Shown piece by piece: positions 52,401 to 64,000 of a stretch of 64,000 nt of DNA; position 1 is the stretch's first letter, and the number at the start of each line of letters is the position of its first letter. A program made the position numbers and the translations under genes. The stretch is from Mobula birostris (taxonomy: Eukaryota): the NCBI RefSeq assembly GCF_030028105.1, contig NW_027276868.1, forward strand, positions 186,001 to 250,000, written 5' to 3'. The notes under the pieces were generated by a model. The model was not told the origin of the DNA, searched no databases, and saw only the letters and a program-made list of their open reading frames with translations.

Positions 52401-52708
52401 ATAATGATGTCTTTCACCATTCCGATCCATTGAGATTGTATTGTCAGGACAGAAAGGTGATTACACTCACTTTCACTGGATGTGCAGAAGAGTGGACTGT
52501 CCATCTGTTGCAGAAAACATACAACTTCTGTTTCCATTGACTTGAATAGAGTTAGACATTTCCTGTAATGGAGGCCATCAACTCACTACTCAGGTGACAG
52601 AGAAAATGCAACAATAATATCTTTGCAATAAGTTGCAGAATACATCTGTAAACTCCTTTATGTGGCTGCTCTTACATTTCTTTTTCTTTAATTTTGGCGT
52701 TCAAACAG

Positions 52709-52732
52709 AGGATCACCACCTTAACTGTCACG
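52709..52732 (+). CDS. COL25A1: COL25A1 microexon, RITTLTVT (24 nt; NC3)
   Basis: aaacag|AGGATCACCACCTTAACTGTCACG|gtaatt; identical to recalled human RITTLTVT. Confidence 0.93.
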
Positions 52733-53123
52733 GTAATTTGCTGGGTTCCTAAAAGTTACTGCATGAGCTGTTGTGGCTTGTGGCTGTGGATTCAGGCTGT
52801 TGTAGCTCATTGTCTGACTTGCTGAAAGTTGGATTCATGGTAATGTTAATACGTTGTGCAGCAAAGAAGATTCATAACCAGCCATTAATTTAAGCTTCTT
52901 ATAGTTAATATTAGTGGAGTGTTTTTTGCTCAAATTTTCATTAGCACTTTAATGACCTTTACCATAAACATTTTGAACCTGTATCCAACAAATCAGTTTT
53001 GTCCTGTTTTGCTTTCATTTTTGATTGAATAAAAGGAAGTTGCACGATCTTTACAAGGGTGCCAGTGTAAAAATATTCCAATTCTTTCAGTGCAAAAGTA
53101 ATTCTTTTGTTCTGCGTCATCAG

Positions 53124-53168
53124 GGTCCACCAGGGCCTCAAGGATCTCCAGGAATGCCAGGACCAAAG
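53124..53168 (+). CDS. COL25A1: COL25A1 exon, GPPGPQGSPGMPGPK (45 nt; start of COL3)
   Basis: catcag|GGT...AAG|gtagga; Gly-X-Y. Confidence 0.94.
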
Positions 53169-54389
53169 GTAGGAATTTCCTTTGTACATTTCCATGATTG
53201 AGGGAGAGGCTTCTCAATAGAAACTGGGGACAGTCTCATTTTAGTGATGTAATCAGAATTAATAGTCAGAGAAAAAAATGTTTCATCCTGACAATAGCAT
53301 CATTTTAGCAGAAAGCAAATGTTTATTTAAACATGCCAGTGTGAGAATTGTACAGCAGAGGCATTGCCCACTATGTCTGTGCAAGTTGGTCAGGACATTG
53401 AAAAGTTCCATTAAAATATTTGAAGGATTGAATGCACCTTGCACGGTGCCTCTATGATCATGTGCCTCACTGTTTAAATGACATTTTGTTCCAGATAAGT
53501 CCTATGATTTGAATATTTTGATAATAAACATCTAAAACAAAAAAAAAAGAAAAATTCTGATGAACAGGAGATCAGCTAGCAAATGAAGGAGTAAGGTATA
53601 TTCATAATCGGAAGGGAAGCATAATTAAAACTGCCTTGAGGTCTATCGTACAATGAAACATGTCCTACTGAATGCAGACAAAAGATTTCCACATTTTTGT
53701 AGCATTTGCATTTTTCATCAATAATAAAACGTTCCAATAATTTGATTCCAATATTTTAAGGACCAGTAAAGCTCATCCCAAGAGTTGCCATTGTTACAAT
53801 ATTGAGCCCAAAATCAATAATACAATGATAAGGAATTATTCTGACTTGAAGCTGATAAAACATCGCCACCATAGTAGGAGGGTTTGAAAGTAATGTTTAC
53901 GCAGAGGTGCCAATACTTTAGGAAGAAAAATATGGTCATTTAAACTGCGCTGGTTTTTCCCAAGTATGTCAGTAATTATTCTGTTTATTGTCTATTGCAT
54001 TGTGTGTGACTGAGTTCACATCCAGGCCAAGCCACAGGAGTAGTGGATTATCCTTGATTTAGTTGAGTTCGTAGAACAAGCTATTTTCTTTAATGGAAAC
54101 AAATGTATTCACTCTAACAACCTGTTCTGGTAGATAGGACTATGAACTCACAATCTCCACTAGAACACTGAACCCACCATAACATAGTAATGTTAGATTG
54201 GACTAAATTCAGTTTCCGAACACTAGCCTCTGATTCTGCATTATGATGCCTCTGCAGCCAATTCACACATGGCACAAAGTATATTCAGTAGTGGTTTGAG
54301 GGAATAAGAGTGTGTGTGGATTTTCCTCAACATAAGGACTAAATAGTGATTGACCAGAGTTTTGCATTCCTTTTACTGTTACATCACAG

Positions 54390-54434
54390 GGAGACATGGG
54401 GAACCCTGGTTCACCTGGAGCCTTAGGAATACAG
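54390..54434 (+). CDS. COL25A1: COL25A1 exon, GDMGNPGSPGALGIQ (45 nt)
   Basis: tcacag|GGA...CAG|gtactg; Gly-X-Y. Confidence 0.92.
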
Positions 54435-54547
54435 GTACTGTAATTACCTTTGGCTTAATGGTTCTTAAATATTTTTCAATACTTGTAATATGTCTCTTAA
54501 GAATGTAATAAGTTGTACCTTCTCCCTATACTTGTGTTTACTTCCAG

Positions 54548-54619
54548 GGCCCCAAAGGCTCCAAAGGCGACATCGGTGCTCCAGGAGATAAAGGAAGCAT
54601 GGGCTTTCCTGGATTATCT
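54548..54619 (+). CDS. COL25A1: COL25A1 exon, GPKGSKGDIGAPGDKGSMGFPGLS (72 nt)
   Basis: ttccag|GGC...TCT|gtaagt; human GLKGSKGDMGDPGMTGEKGGIGLPGLP. Confidence 0.93.
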
Positions 54620-55756
54620 GTAAGTGCTCTCAGTTCAGGCAACACAGAAAACTTTTCTCTGTCATGAAAAACCTTACTTGATTTCGAGAAGTTACAGTCA
54701 TCTTAATGTAACTGCTGATAACAGGATATCCTTCCTTTTCTCTCTACCCCTCTCCACACTACAAGCGGGACTCGGGAATGATCACAGCTTTCTTAATCCA
54801 AGTGAGACATGATTTCCAGTGTCTGACCAGGTCACCCCTTTCTCTTTGCACCATCTTTTGGCTGAGAAATCTTACTTTTAAGGAAAAAGTACCCCTTCCC
54901 TCCTGACTTGCACAAACAGCCATTCAGCTCTCGTCCGTTTTCCTGTCTCGTAACTATGTTGGCAAATCGATAACGTTGTTAAGTCTGTAAGTCGTAGCTC
55001 TGAATTACTTTCCAAGAGATGAAACAGGTTTTCAGTAGCTACTTTGGATTATTTCATTTCTTGATTTGTGGTGAGAATTCTGTTGAAGGCAGTTAGATAT
55101 TCAAAATAGATTACGCTTGAGCTGGGGAAAATAAAAACTTCAAAGCATCTCAGACATTCCAATATTGTTGAATTAACCACAGTGACTTGAGTTGATATGT
55201 GTCATAGAAAAATCCGCACATCAGTATTTCTGTAAGATTCCTGTGCTAAAACTGAGACACTGAGCCACAACTTTGCAGCAGTACTAGAATTCTGCATGGA
55301 CACCGGCCCTTCGGCCCAACCAGACCTTGCTGACCATGGTGCTTACCCAGTTAGTCTGAATTTCCTCCATTCGGCTGACTTCCCTCCACACCTCACTCCT
55401 GAATGTGCCTATGCAAGTGCCTCTTAACTGGTACTATCGTATCGCAGACATCCCACCTCTCCCGGAAGTTCCAGGAGTCTCCGGCATATTGATAGTGGCT
55501 CCCTGACACCTGCAAGTTATATACAATATCCTGGAAATCGATTTTTTTGAGCAAGCGAGGAGGGGGGAGAGAGTGAGAGAGAGAGAGAGACAGAGAGAGC
55601 GAGTGACAGACATAGCAAGAGAGTGACAGAGAGAGCATCCTGGTTGGTCTCTCTTTGTGCTAAGTAGACCTATCAGTTTTTTCTGTGGGCGGGCTTTACA
55701 GTCATAAACACAAAATACTCTGCAGATGCTGGGGTCAAAGCAACACACACAACACA

Positions 55757-55845
55757 CTGGAGGAACTCAGCAGGTCGGGCAGCATCTGTGGAAACGATCA
55801 GTCAACGTTCCCACAGATGCTGCCCGAGCTGCTGAGTTCCTCCAG
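55757..55845. repeat. Inverted repeat (40-bp arms, 2 mismatches, 9-nt loop) built from Penelope-type sequence
   Basis: Arms at 55757-55796 and 55806-55845. Confidence 0.9.
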
Positions 55846-56616
55846 CTTCTTATCTTTGAGCCAATTCTGAGCAAATTTTTAATCTGCCTGGTTGGCTCCC
55901 CCAGATTCCATGAGATTTGACCTTGCAGACCAGCTGACATTGCAGGGCCTTAATGAAGGTGCTGGACTTGGTGTGGACCGCCTCGCTGCCTGCTACAGAG
56001 AGACATCGGAGTCGGTACACGAAGACGGTGTGCAGTCTAACAGCCAGTGATTGTTTTGGATGCTTCTCTTGTGATCACAAGATCCTATCGGACATCAGTC
56101 CACACCAAGTCTGGTTCACTGGTTTATGGGCGAGACCAACGGTGGCGGGGGGGGGGGGGGGGGGCTTTGTGGCCTTAGTTGTAGCGAGGTCTAGACCTCG
56201 TGCCGCAGTGTCACCAGTGCAGCCGTCAGGAGAAGATTTGCTGGAGGTGGTGTGGCACAGTGTCCATGCTGGATTGGGGCAGGCCCTCCCATTGGTGCTG
56301 CACTCCAGCGTTTGCTCGATGAAAGACAAGCTGGATCACCTGTGTGCATGCATGTATTCTTCTGTGGACTGCTGAAGGCTTGTTCTTGCCAACATTTCTG
56401 CTCCATTAATCTATGGGATATGTCACTTAGGGACTTGGGCTACATTATATATTTTGCATGACTGTATGTTTGCTGCTGTCATATATGTGCTATATGAGGG
56501 GTGTGCTGTGTGTGACTATTGGTACTGTGGTTTGAACCTTGGCCCTGGAGTATCACTGTTTCGTTTGGCTGTGTTCATGGGTATTCATGTATGGTTGAAT
56601 GATGTTTGAACTTGAA

Positions 56617-58040
56617 CAGCCGCAAGGTAGAGGGCCGGACCAGCATCCCGGGCGGGTCCTCAAAGTGTGTGCTGAACAGCTGGCTGGTGTGTTTACGGAC
56701 ATTTTCAATCTCTCCCTCTCCCAGTGTGTAGTGCCTTCCTGATTCAAATCACCCGTCATTGACCCTGTACCTAAGAAAACCAAGGTAGCATGCCTGAACG
56801 ACCGGCGCCCTGTCACACTCACCTCAGTTATAAGCAAGTGCTTTGAGAAGCTGGTTAAAGACTACATCTGCTGTGTGCTACCACCCACACAGGACCCCCT
56901 ACAATTCGCCTACTGTTGGAACCGGTCTACCAATGACACCATAGCCACAGAACTACACACCGTCCTCACTCACCTGGAGAAGAGGGATGCATACATTGGA
57001 ATGTTGTTCCTGGACCACAGTTCAGCATTCAACACCATAACTCCCTCCGGACTTGACAGGAAGCTCAGAGACCTCAGCCTTCACCCAGCCTTGTGCAGCT
57101 GGATCCTGGACTTCCTGTCAGATTGCCGGCAGGTGGTAAGAGTGGGCTCCCTCACCTCTTCCCCTCTGACACTCAACACAGGTGCCCCCAAGGTTGTGTC
57201 CTGAGTCCCCTTCTCTATTCCCTTTACACCCACAACTGTACTCCCACACACAGCTCCAATCTGATGATCAGATTTACAGATGACACAACTTTGATTGGTC
57301 TTATTTCTAGCGCCAATGAGACAGCCTACAGAGGAGAGGTTAACACTCTGATACAGTGGTGCCAGGATAACAATCTCTCCCTCAATGTCCAAGAAACAAA
57401 AGAGCTGATTGTAGATTACAGGAGGAAAGGAGACAGGCTCGGCCTGATCAACATCAGTGTGATTGTAGTTGAGAGGGTGAGTAGCTTCAAGTTGCTCGGT
57501 ACACACATCACCGGTGATCTAACCTGGACTGTATACACTGGCTGAGTGCAAACAAAAACACAACAGCGACTTTTCCACCTCAGGCGACTGAAGAAGTTCG
57601 GCATGAGCCCCCAAATCCTCAACACCTTCTACAGGGGCAGCATTGAGAGCATCCTGACTGACTGTATCACTGCCTGGTACGGGGACTGCACCAACCTTGA
57701 TCGCTGGGCACAGCAGAGAGTGGTACGGACAGCCCAGCGCATCTGTGGATATGAACCTCCCTCCATTGAACACATTTACAGCAGCAGGTGCAGAGAGAAG
57801 GCCTGGAAGATCTTCGGGGACACCAGTCACCCCATAATAAACTGTTTCAGCTGCTTCCATCTGGCAAATGGTACCACAGCATTAAAGCCAGGACCAGCAG
57901 GCTACAGAACAGCTTCTTTCTACAAGCCATTAGACTTTTAAATTCACATGTCTGTACATTGCAACAGAGTCATAACACTAACATTTTTACTCCCTCATGT
58001 TGTGGGAAAGATGTAAGATTTAAGTAAATTCAATTTAATT
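56617..58040 (+). mobile_element. Rex1/Babar-type LINE, 5'-truncated and frameshifted
   Basis: LDHSSAFNTI, PQGCVLSPLLYSLYT, FTDDT, QQRLFHLRRLKKFG and FYRGSIESILT motifs. Confidence 0.88.
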
Positions 58041-58520
58041 TAACTAAACGAATCCTTCTGCCTACACAATGACTATATTCCACCATCTTTGCACACTCAT
58101 GTGCCTGTCTAACAGCTTCTCAAATGCCCCTGTCCTCTGTGCCTTCACTACCACCACGTTCCAAACACTATTTCTGTATAACAAAACATCTTGTCCCATG
58201 CACCTCCTATGAATTTATCCCCTCTCACCTTAAAGGGTTGCCCTCATGTATTAGATGTTTGGATCCTGGCCAAAAAAAATATATCAGTTACTCTCCCTAT
58301 CTATGCCTCTCACAATTTTATTAACTTCCATCATGTTCCTCCTCAGCCTCTACTGCTCCAGAAGAGAACCCAGTTTTGTTCAAGCTCTCCTTGTGTCACA
58401 TGCCCTCTAATACAGGCAGCATCCCGCTAAACCACTTCCTCACACCCTTCCTATAATGGAGCAACCGGAATTAACTGCAATACTCCAGATGCAGCCTAAA
58501 CAGAATTTCATAAGGCTACC
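58040..58520 (-). mobile_element. Degenerate CR1 3' fragment
   Basis: Reverse complement resembles the CR1 ORF2 C-terminus and 3' UTR. Confidence 0.65.
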
Positions 58521-59211
58521 ATATCACCAAAAAATAGTTCGATGAATTAAAGTTAACTGTGTAGTTCTGATTGTTATACAAACCCCCCCATATTTCAGTG
58601 TTTTTGAGCTGAGGAGAGTGATGTTATTATCATTTCACTTCTTTGTTGGTTCAGTCAGATTGTTCCTTAATTTCTCAATTTTTGGAGACAAACCCAAACG
58701 TATAGTTTCTTATTAGAGCTAATTAAACCCTAACCCTGGATTCATTCCAGTGAATCCACTCTGAAACTCATTCCATTCCATTCCATTCTAAGCTAGAGGA
58801 TTTGTGTATAACCTATGTATTATGTTTCTAACTTTAATATTCTGACATTCCTTTAATAAAATCCAATTAAAATAACAAAGTCAAGGAATATTCTATAATT
58901 AAACCAAACTCTGTTCAGCCTTGATCATACAGTCAAGCTCTATTGAGAACTCACTGTGGACTAACAATTCTGTGTAATACTGACCAACTGTTTAATTGTT
59001 GAAGATTCTGTCCTTTCAAGGAGAAACTCCAAAAGCTGGTCACACCATCTTCAAGTGAACATTAAAGATTTTGTGTACGATCCACAAAAAGGAGACGTTT
59101 TCTAACAACAAAGTACATCTGATTGTTGATTATAGAGTGTACCACTGATCACATTAATTCCATGCAGGTTAACTCTCTCTTTGGTTTTCACTGTACTTTT
59201 CGTCCATGCAG

Positions 59212-59283
59212 GGTATTAATGGAGAAAAGGGAGAAAAGGGTGAGAAAGGAGATCACGGGATGACTGGTCCAAAAGGCTCTTCA
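59212..59283 (+). CDS. COL25A1: COL25A1 exon, GINGEKGEKGEKGDHGMTGPKGSS (72 nt)
   Basis: atgcag|GGT...TCA|gtaagt; human GANGMKGEKGDSGMPGPQGPS. Confidence 0.93.
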
Positions 59284-61430
59284 GTAAGTTCTCCAAAATT
59301 AGGTATACTAATCCTTAAAGCATGTTGCAAATCAGCGGATTGGGGATCCACTGCATATTGTCAGGAAGGATACTTTAACACCAAGAAAGGTGGAATTCTG
59401 TTTACAACTCAATAGTAATTTGGTATTATTACTCCTACTCTTACCACATATATCTTGACAATTTAGGAAGGAAAAACGGGATCCTTAGAGAATAGAGTAA
59501 TTAAAGTAAGCACATTAAGAAAACTGGTACAGTGGTCAGAAAAGTCCATTTAATGTGAGTTTTTTTGTCTGCATTAGTTCTGCTTTCCAGTGTGAGGTTG
59601 GCGTAGATCATCTCTAAGCAATACGAAGTGACAGTCTGCAGTTTAATAATTATAATTACTTTAGGCTGTGGCCCTAACTAAGAGAAAGAAGCTTTTGAAG
59701 AACTTTACGATGACAGGCAGGTGCAAATGCTGCCATTGCGCGATCAGCAAATGAGATACTTTATAACACTCTAGCTCTTCAATTCAGTCCTTATTTTCAA
59801 TAGCAATTCCTAACGTTAGCAGAATACAGCTCCAGTTTGTAAATCTGCCTCAATCTTTCAGACTCATGCCATATTATCACTCAGGTAAGTTACTACTTTT
59901 TTTTAAAGGAGTCATTCTTTGGACTTCACGCTGTTCGGTTAAATCAGCTCCTTTTGATAAAAATTATCAGCGACTGATAGTATATAGATAGGTGACAGGC
60001 TCTACCGATTTCCAAACTGCATTGAAAACTATTCGAATTGTTCTTGTGGCATATAAATTAGGCCATACTTTTGTTTTTCAGTTGATCTTATCTAACTTGG
60101 GTAGTTACCAGTCCGCATTCCAGAAGATGGGAAGACTAAAGTCCAGAATACTCAATGAAGAATGTTGCAGAGCTTTGGAGTAATGTTATTATTACATAGC
60201 CAGGTCATGGGTGGTCTCCAGATTAAAAGGCCACAAAGTCTACCTCAGAATCGTCCAAGATTATGGAACCAAGAGAATGACTGTGCAGATCTTAAATCCG
60301 TACCCTCTCAGATTTATACAATAAAACTATAGTAAATCAAGGTCTTTGTAAAGAAAAAAAAATCTGTGAAAAAATACATTAAAATATGTTTATTTTGATT
60401 TTTGAAGAACAAGCCTCAACAGAGGTCAGTAAACATAGTGTTAAATATTACATCTAAATCTCAGGATTCAGTGCCTTGTTGATTTTGGCAGAAACATGAC
60501 AACTTAAATCCAACCTCCAAGGTAAATTTGCTGAAATCTGACCAGCAAATTGACTTGGATGCAAAATAAGGCTTGGTTCGGTTTCATGCTTCAATTAAGT
60601 TGAAGGCAACACTTACGAAGAGCAACCAATTTTAATGTGAACAATTTAGCATAACTACATCTCCCAACTACTGTTTATGTTGGCAATTGGTTAAGATTTG
60701 CTAAACTATGAGATTTTTAACTCAAGGAAAGATTCAATGATTGCTTTCAGCTACATATATAAAATCCTCAGGATATCATTTGGAAATAAAAGTTGAGTGA
60801 AGTGAATATTCACATAGGTGGAATCAAATGTTACAGGACTTACTGAGGTTACATAAGGAAGAGGTGAGAGTACCTCTTTTATTAAATTTCCCCTTTTATG
60901 AATATTTAAAACTTAGGTTCCACATTTACAGTTGCTTCTTTCATTATGTTATTCCCAAATGTCTCTAAATACCCTCTAAGCATAATTGCTCTAATTTCCT
61001 CAAGCAAAGTTGTAGATGAACTCCGAAGAGACCAGGAAGACTCTTGTGTTTCTACTTTAAAGTCCAGTCATTTTTTGGTCACAATTTTCCCTGCCAAACT
61101 TTGATTCCAATTTACCTGAGACAGATCTGTATTCATCCTTTTGAAATAGGCTTTCTTCCAATGGACTATCCTTACCTTGGAATGGTTAATATTCCTTTCC
61201 ATTGTAATTCTAAACCTCATTCTAGAGAATAAACAAACCCCAATAGGCAGGAGGCATTTAAAAAAAACAAAATAATAACCATTCAGAGTCAGTAAGGATG
61301 AGACACAAAGATGGTTAGATTTGGGAAGCTTAGTTAACAAAGGAAATTGAGGGTTTGAGCAGGAAAAAGAAGGAAGAGTATATCAGATTTTGAAAATTCT
61401 TTATCAGTTGAGTCCTTTCAGGTTTATAGA

Positions 61431-61818
61431 TGGGAGGCAGGATGGAGATATGTCTCTACCAAAGGCGCTCCTTCCCTCTGCTGGCCTGCAGGACCCCCTT
61501 GGGCAAGGTGTAGCACCTGCTTAACTCCCTCCCACCAATCAGGGTCACATGGAGCCATGGGAGCAGGTGGTGGATGGTCGTATGAGCAACTGGTGCATAT
61601 CACAAGTCCTGGTTATGTGACTACGGATGCCAGGCAGACAATCTCTGAAGAGCATTGATAATGGCTGGGGTCACCCGTCTTGTAAAGACACTGCCCAGAA
61701 GAAGGCAATGGCAAACAACTCCTGTAGAAAAATTTGCCAAGAACAATCATGGTCAAGGAAAGACTATGATCGCCTACGTCATATGACATAGCACATAATG
61801 ATGACGATGGTAAGGATG
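61431..61818 (+). mobile_element. Non-autonomous RTE (BovB-like) element inserted in degenerate CR1
   Basis: GAAGAAGGCAATGGCAAACAACTCC RTE/Bov-A-like motif; (ATG)n-like tail; 11-bp TSD AGGTTTATAGA at 61420-61430 and 61819-61829. Confidence 0.8.
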
Positions 61819-63040
61819 AGGTTTATAGAGGGTGTAGATAAGATCTTCAGAGGGCAAAAAAGGGACATGAATGGTCCTGTCCATCAGAATTAAAGAGAAT
61901 TCCACAACCTTTTCAAAGTATATCAGAAGCAAGCAGGTAGTTAGCGAAAGAGTAGGTCCTCCAGGGACCAAAAGGGAAATCTTTGCATGGAGCCAGGGAA
62001 TACATATGCTGCTCATATGGATAGTTTGTGTCAATACTCACCAGGAAGAAGGATGGAGAGGATGGAGGATTATGGGAAATGTGTGCTCCCAGTCTAGAAC
62101 ATGTATGCCTCAGGAAAGAGGAAGGGCTAGAGTTATTGATGCACAGTAAGGTGCACAGATCCCCAAAGCCAAATGAAATCTATCCTAAGATGTTATGGAA
62201 AGCAAGGAAGGAGATAGCTGGGGTTCTGACAGATCAGAAGTGGTAATATAAACAACAGGGCATAATTCTAAAGTGGATGCAGGAACAGAGAGATCTGTTG
62301 GTGTTCTATAGACATAGTTTGTTGTAAAAGATAGATCAGCTTACAGGCATTTGAGATCCTGGTCTTTATAAAAACACAGGAGAAAGAAATTAGGGATGAA
62401 TTGTTCATACATTTCTGGTCCTAACACAATTGGTATGTTGTTATCTCTATCAATGTAATCAATTGTTTATTAGCTGCCATATGAGTTCCCTCCCAAGATC
62501 ACTGAACGTAACCTTCTCTCGTCCTCTTTCAAAAGCCTGCTTTCTCTTCAGATACTTTTTAACGCATCTTTAGTTCCCTTGTGCATATCCCTGTAAGTTG
62601 TCTGTTGCATTTTCTAATCAGTAAGGCATGTTGGGACATATTGTTGTGTAAGAAGTACTATATAAATGGAATTTTAAAAATCAGAACAAGGTGGACATGC
62701 TCAGTGGGTCTCTAGAGAGAGAGAGAGAAGTAGTTGACATTTAAGATCAATCAGCTTTCATCAGATGGAAGTTCTGACACTGGTCATTGGCCTGAAACGT
62801 TAACTGTTTTCCCATCCACAGTTGCTGCCTGACTTGCTGAGTATTTTCAGCTTTTCTGGTTTTATTTTCAGATTTCCAGTAACTGCAGTTTTATTATTGC
62901 TTTTCAATGACATGTAAATGGAAGTTGTGTTTTTTTATATTGTTCCTAGGTAATAACAAAACCTACATTGTCTAAGTTGCAGTTAGCCGTGCGAGATTTG
63001 AGCTCTCATTGACATGCTGATCCGTTATCTGTTTGTGCAG

Positions 63041-63091
63041 ATTGTCGGACCCCCAGGAGCCACTGGTTCACAAGGCCCACCAGGTCCAATG
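63041..63091 (+). CDS. COL25A1: COL25A1 exon, IVGPPGATGSQGPPGPM (51 nt)
   Basis: gtgcag|ATT...ATG|gtatgt; human IIGPPGPPGPHGPPGPM. Confidence 0.93.
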
Positions 63092-63194
63092 GTATGTCAG
63101 AGGTACTCTTCTGAGAGTCTCATATTCCATTCCTGGGGATGTGTTTAAAACTGCATGTCGTCTGAGTTTATTCTCAGAGCTGTGAACTTTGCCT

Positions 63195-63575
63195 CAGAAT
63201 GAGAATCAGGTCTATTATCATTGACATATGTCGTGAAATTTGTGGCAGCAGTACAAATCAGCACGTAAAATATACTATAAATTGTAATAGGATATATATA
63301 GATAGATAGATAGGTATATTAAATAAGTAATGCAAATAGCAAAAATAGTGAGGTAGTTCGTGAGTTCATTGTTAGTTTCAGAAATCTGATGGCAGTGGGG
63401 AAGAAACTGTTCCTAAAGCATTGAGTGTGTGGTGTGTCTTCAGGCTCCTGTACCTCCTCCGTGTAGGCAGTAATGAGGCAAGAGCGTGTCCTGGGGGACG
63501 GGGTCCTTGATGATGGATGCCGCCTTTTTGAGACATTGACTTTTAAAGACGTCTTTGAGGGTGGGGAGGTGACTG
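63195..63575 (-). mobile_element. Rex-Babar 3' fragment
   Basis: ORF 63440-63643(-) LPTLKDVFKSQCLKKAASIIKDP. Confidence 0.7.
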
Positions 63576-64000
63576 AGATTACAACCCTCTACGGCTTTTA
63601 CTGGGCAGCCGTCTTTGATTAAATAGAGTCTTACTATTACCACATCAATGTTTGTAAAGCTTGCAAATCACAGGTGTTACCTGGACCGGACAGAAGTCAT
63701 TCCCAGATTTTGTCGTACACATTTGTTCTTTCAAATTGTCTATTTTCCAGAGTATACTTGCAAAGAAAATGCACAACGCTGCATTATATTGAAACATGAC
63801 AAGATAGTAATAGCCTACCTATTTTAGCATCTGTCAAACTTATGTATTCAAACTTCAGCCCTGACCTGGTCTGGAGACGGGTCAAAGGTTCAGAACAGTG
63901 AGTTCAGGAGAGGAAGCAGGGTTATTCCGGAGCATACTAATATTACAAAGAGAAAGGTGATCGAGGTCTTGAAACATGTAAAGTTGGATGAATCCCTGGG

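Noticed and set aside
56147-56164. 18-G run as a functional G-quadruplex
   Set aside because: Lies in an interspersed repeat, homopolymer length is error-prone, and there is no supporting evidence

Overview
Vertebrate genomic DNA, very probably an elasmobranch (shark or ray), judged from its HE1-like V-SINEs, abundant CR1 LINEs and Penelope-type repeats. The whole window lies inside one + strand gene, the transmembrane collagen COL25A1 (CLAC-P). I found 14 small phase-0 GT-AG exons between 9467 and 63091. They encode the end of COL2, the NC3 segment (VTEIIDYNGNIHQALQ|RITTLTVT) and the start of COL3; the gene's start and end lie outside the window. The introns are filled with CR1, Rex-Babar, RTE-type, Gypsy and SINE elements, several nested with recognisable target-site duplications (TSDs). 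Most ORFs in the supplied track are spurious or transposon-derived. The best leads are (i) Penelope-type minimal hammerhead ribozyme motifs, one with an intact core and antisense to the gene; (ii) a SINE whose Pol III B-box region is amplified into 41 tandem units, about 1.3 kb from a strong CTCF motif; (iii) a candidate 19-nt poison microexon; (iv) a nest of five retroelements. No prokaryotic or CRISPR-like system is supported. Comparisons to human proteins and repeat consensuses are from memory, not from a search.
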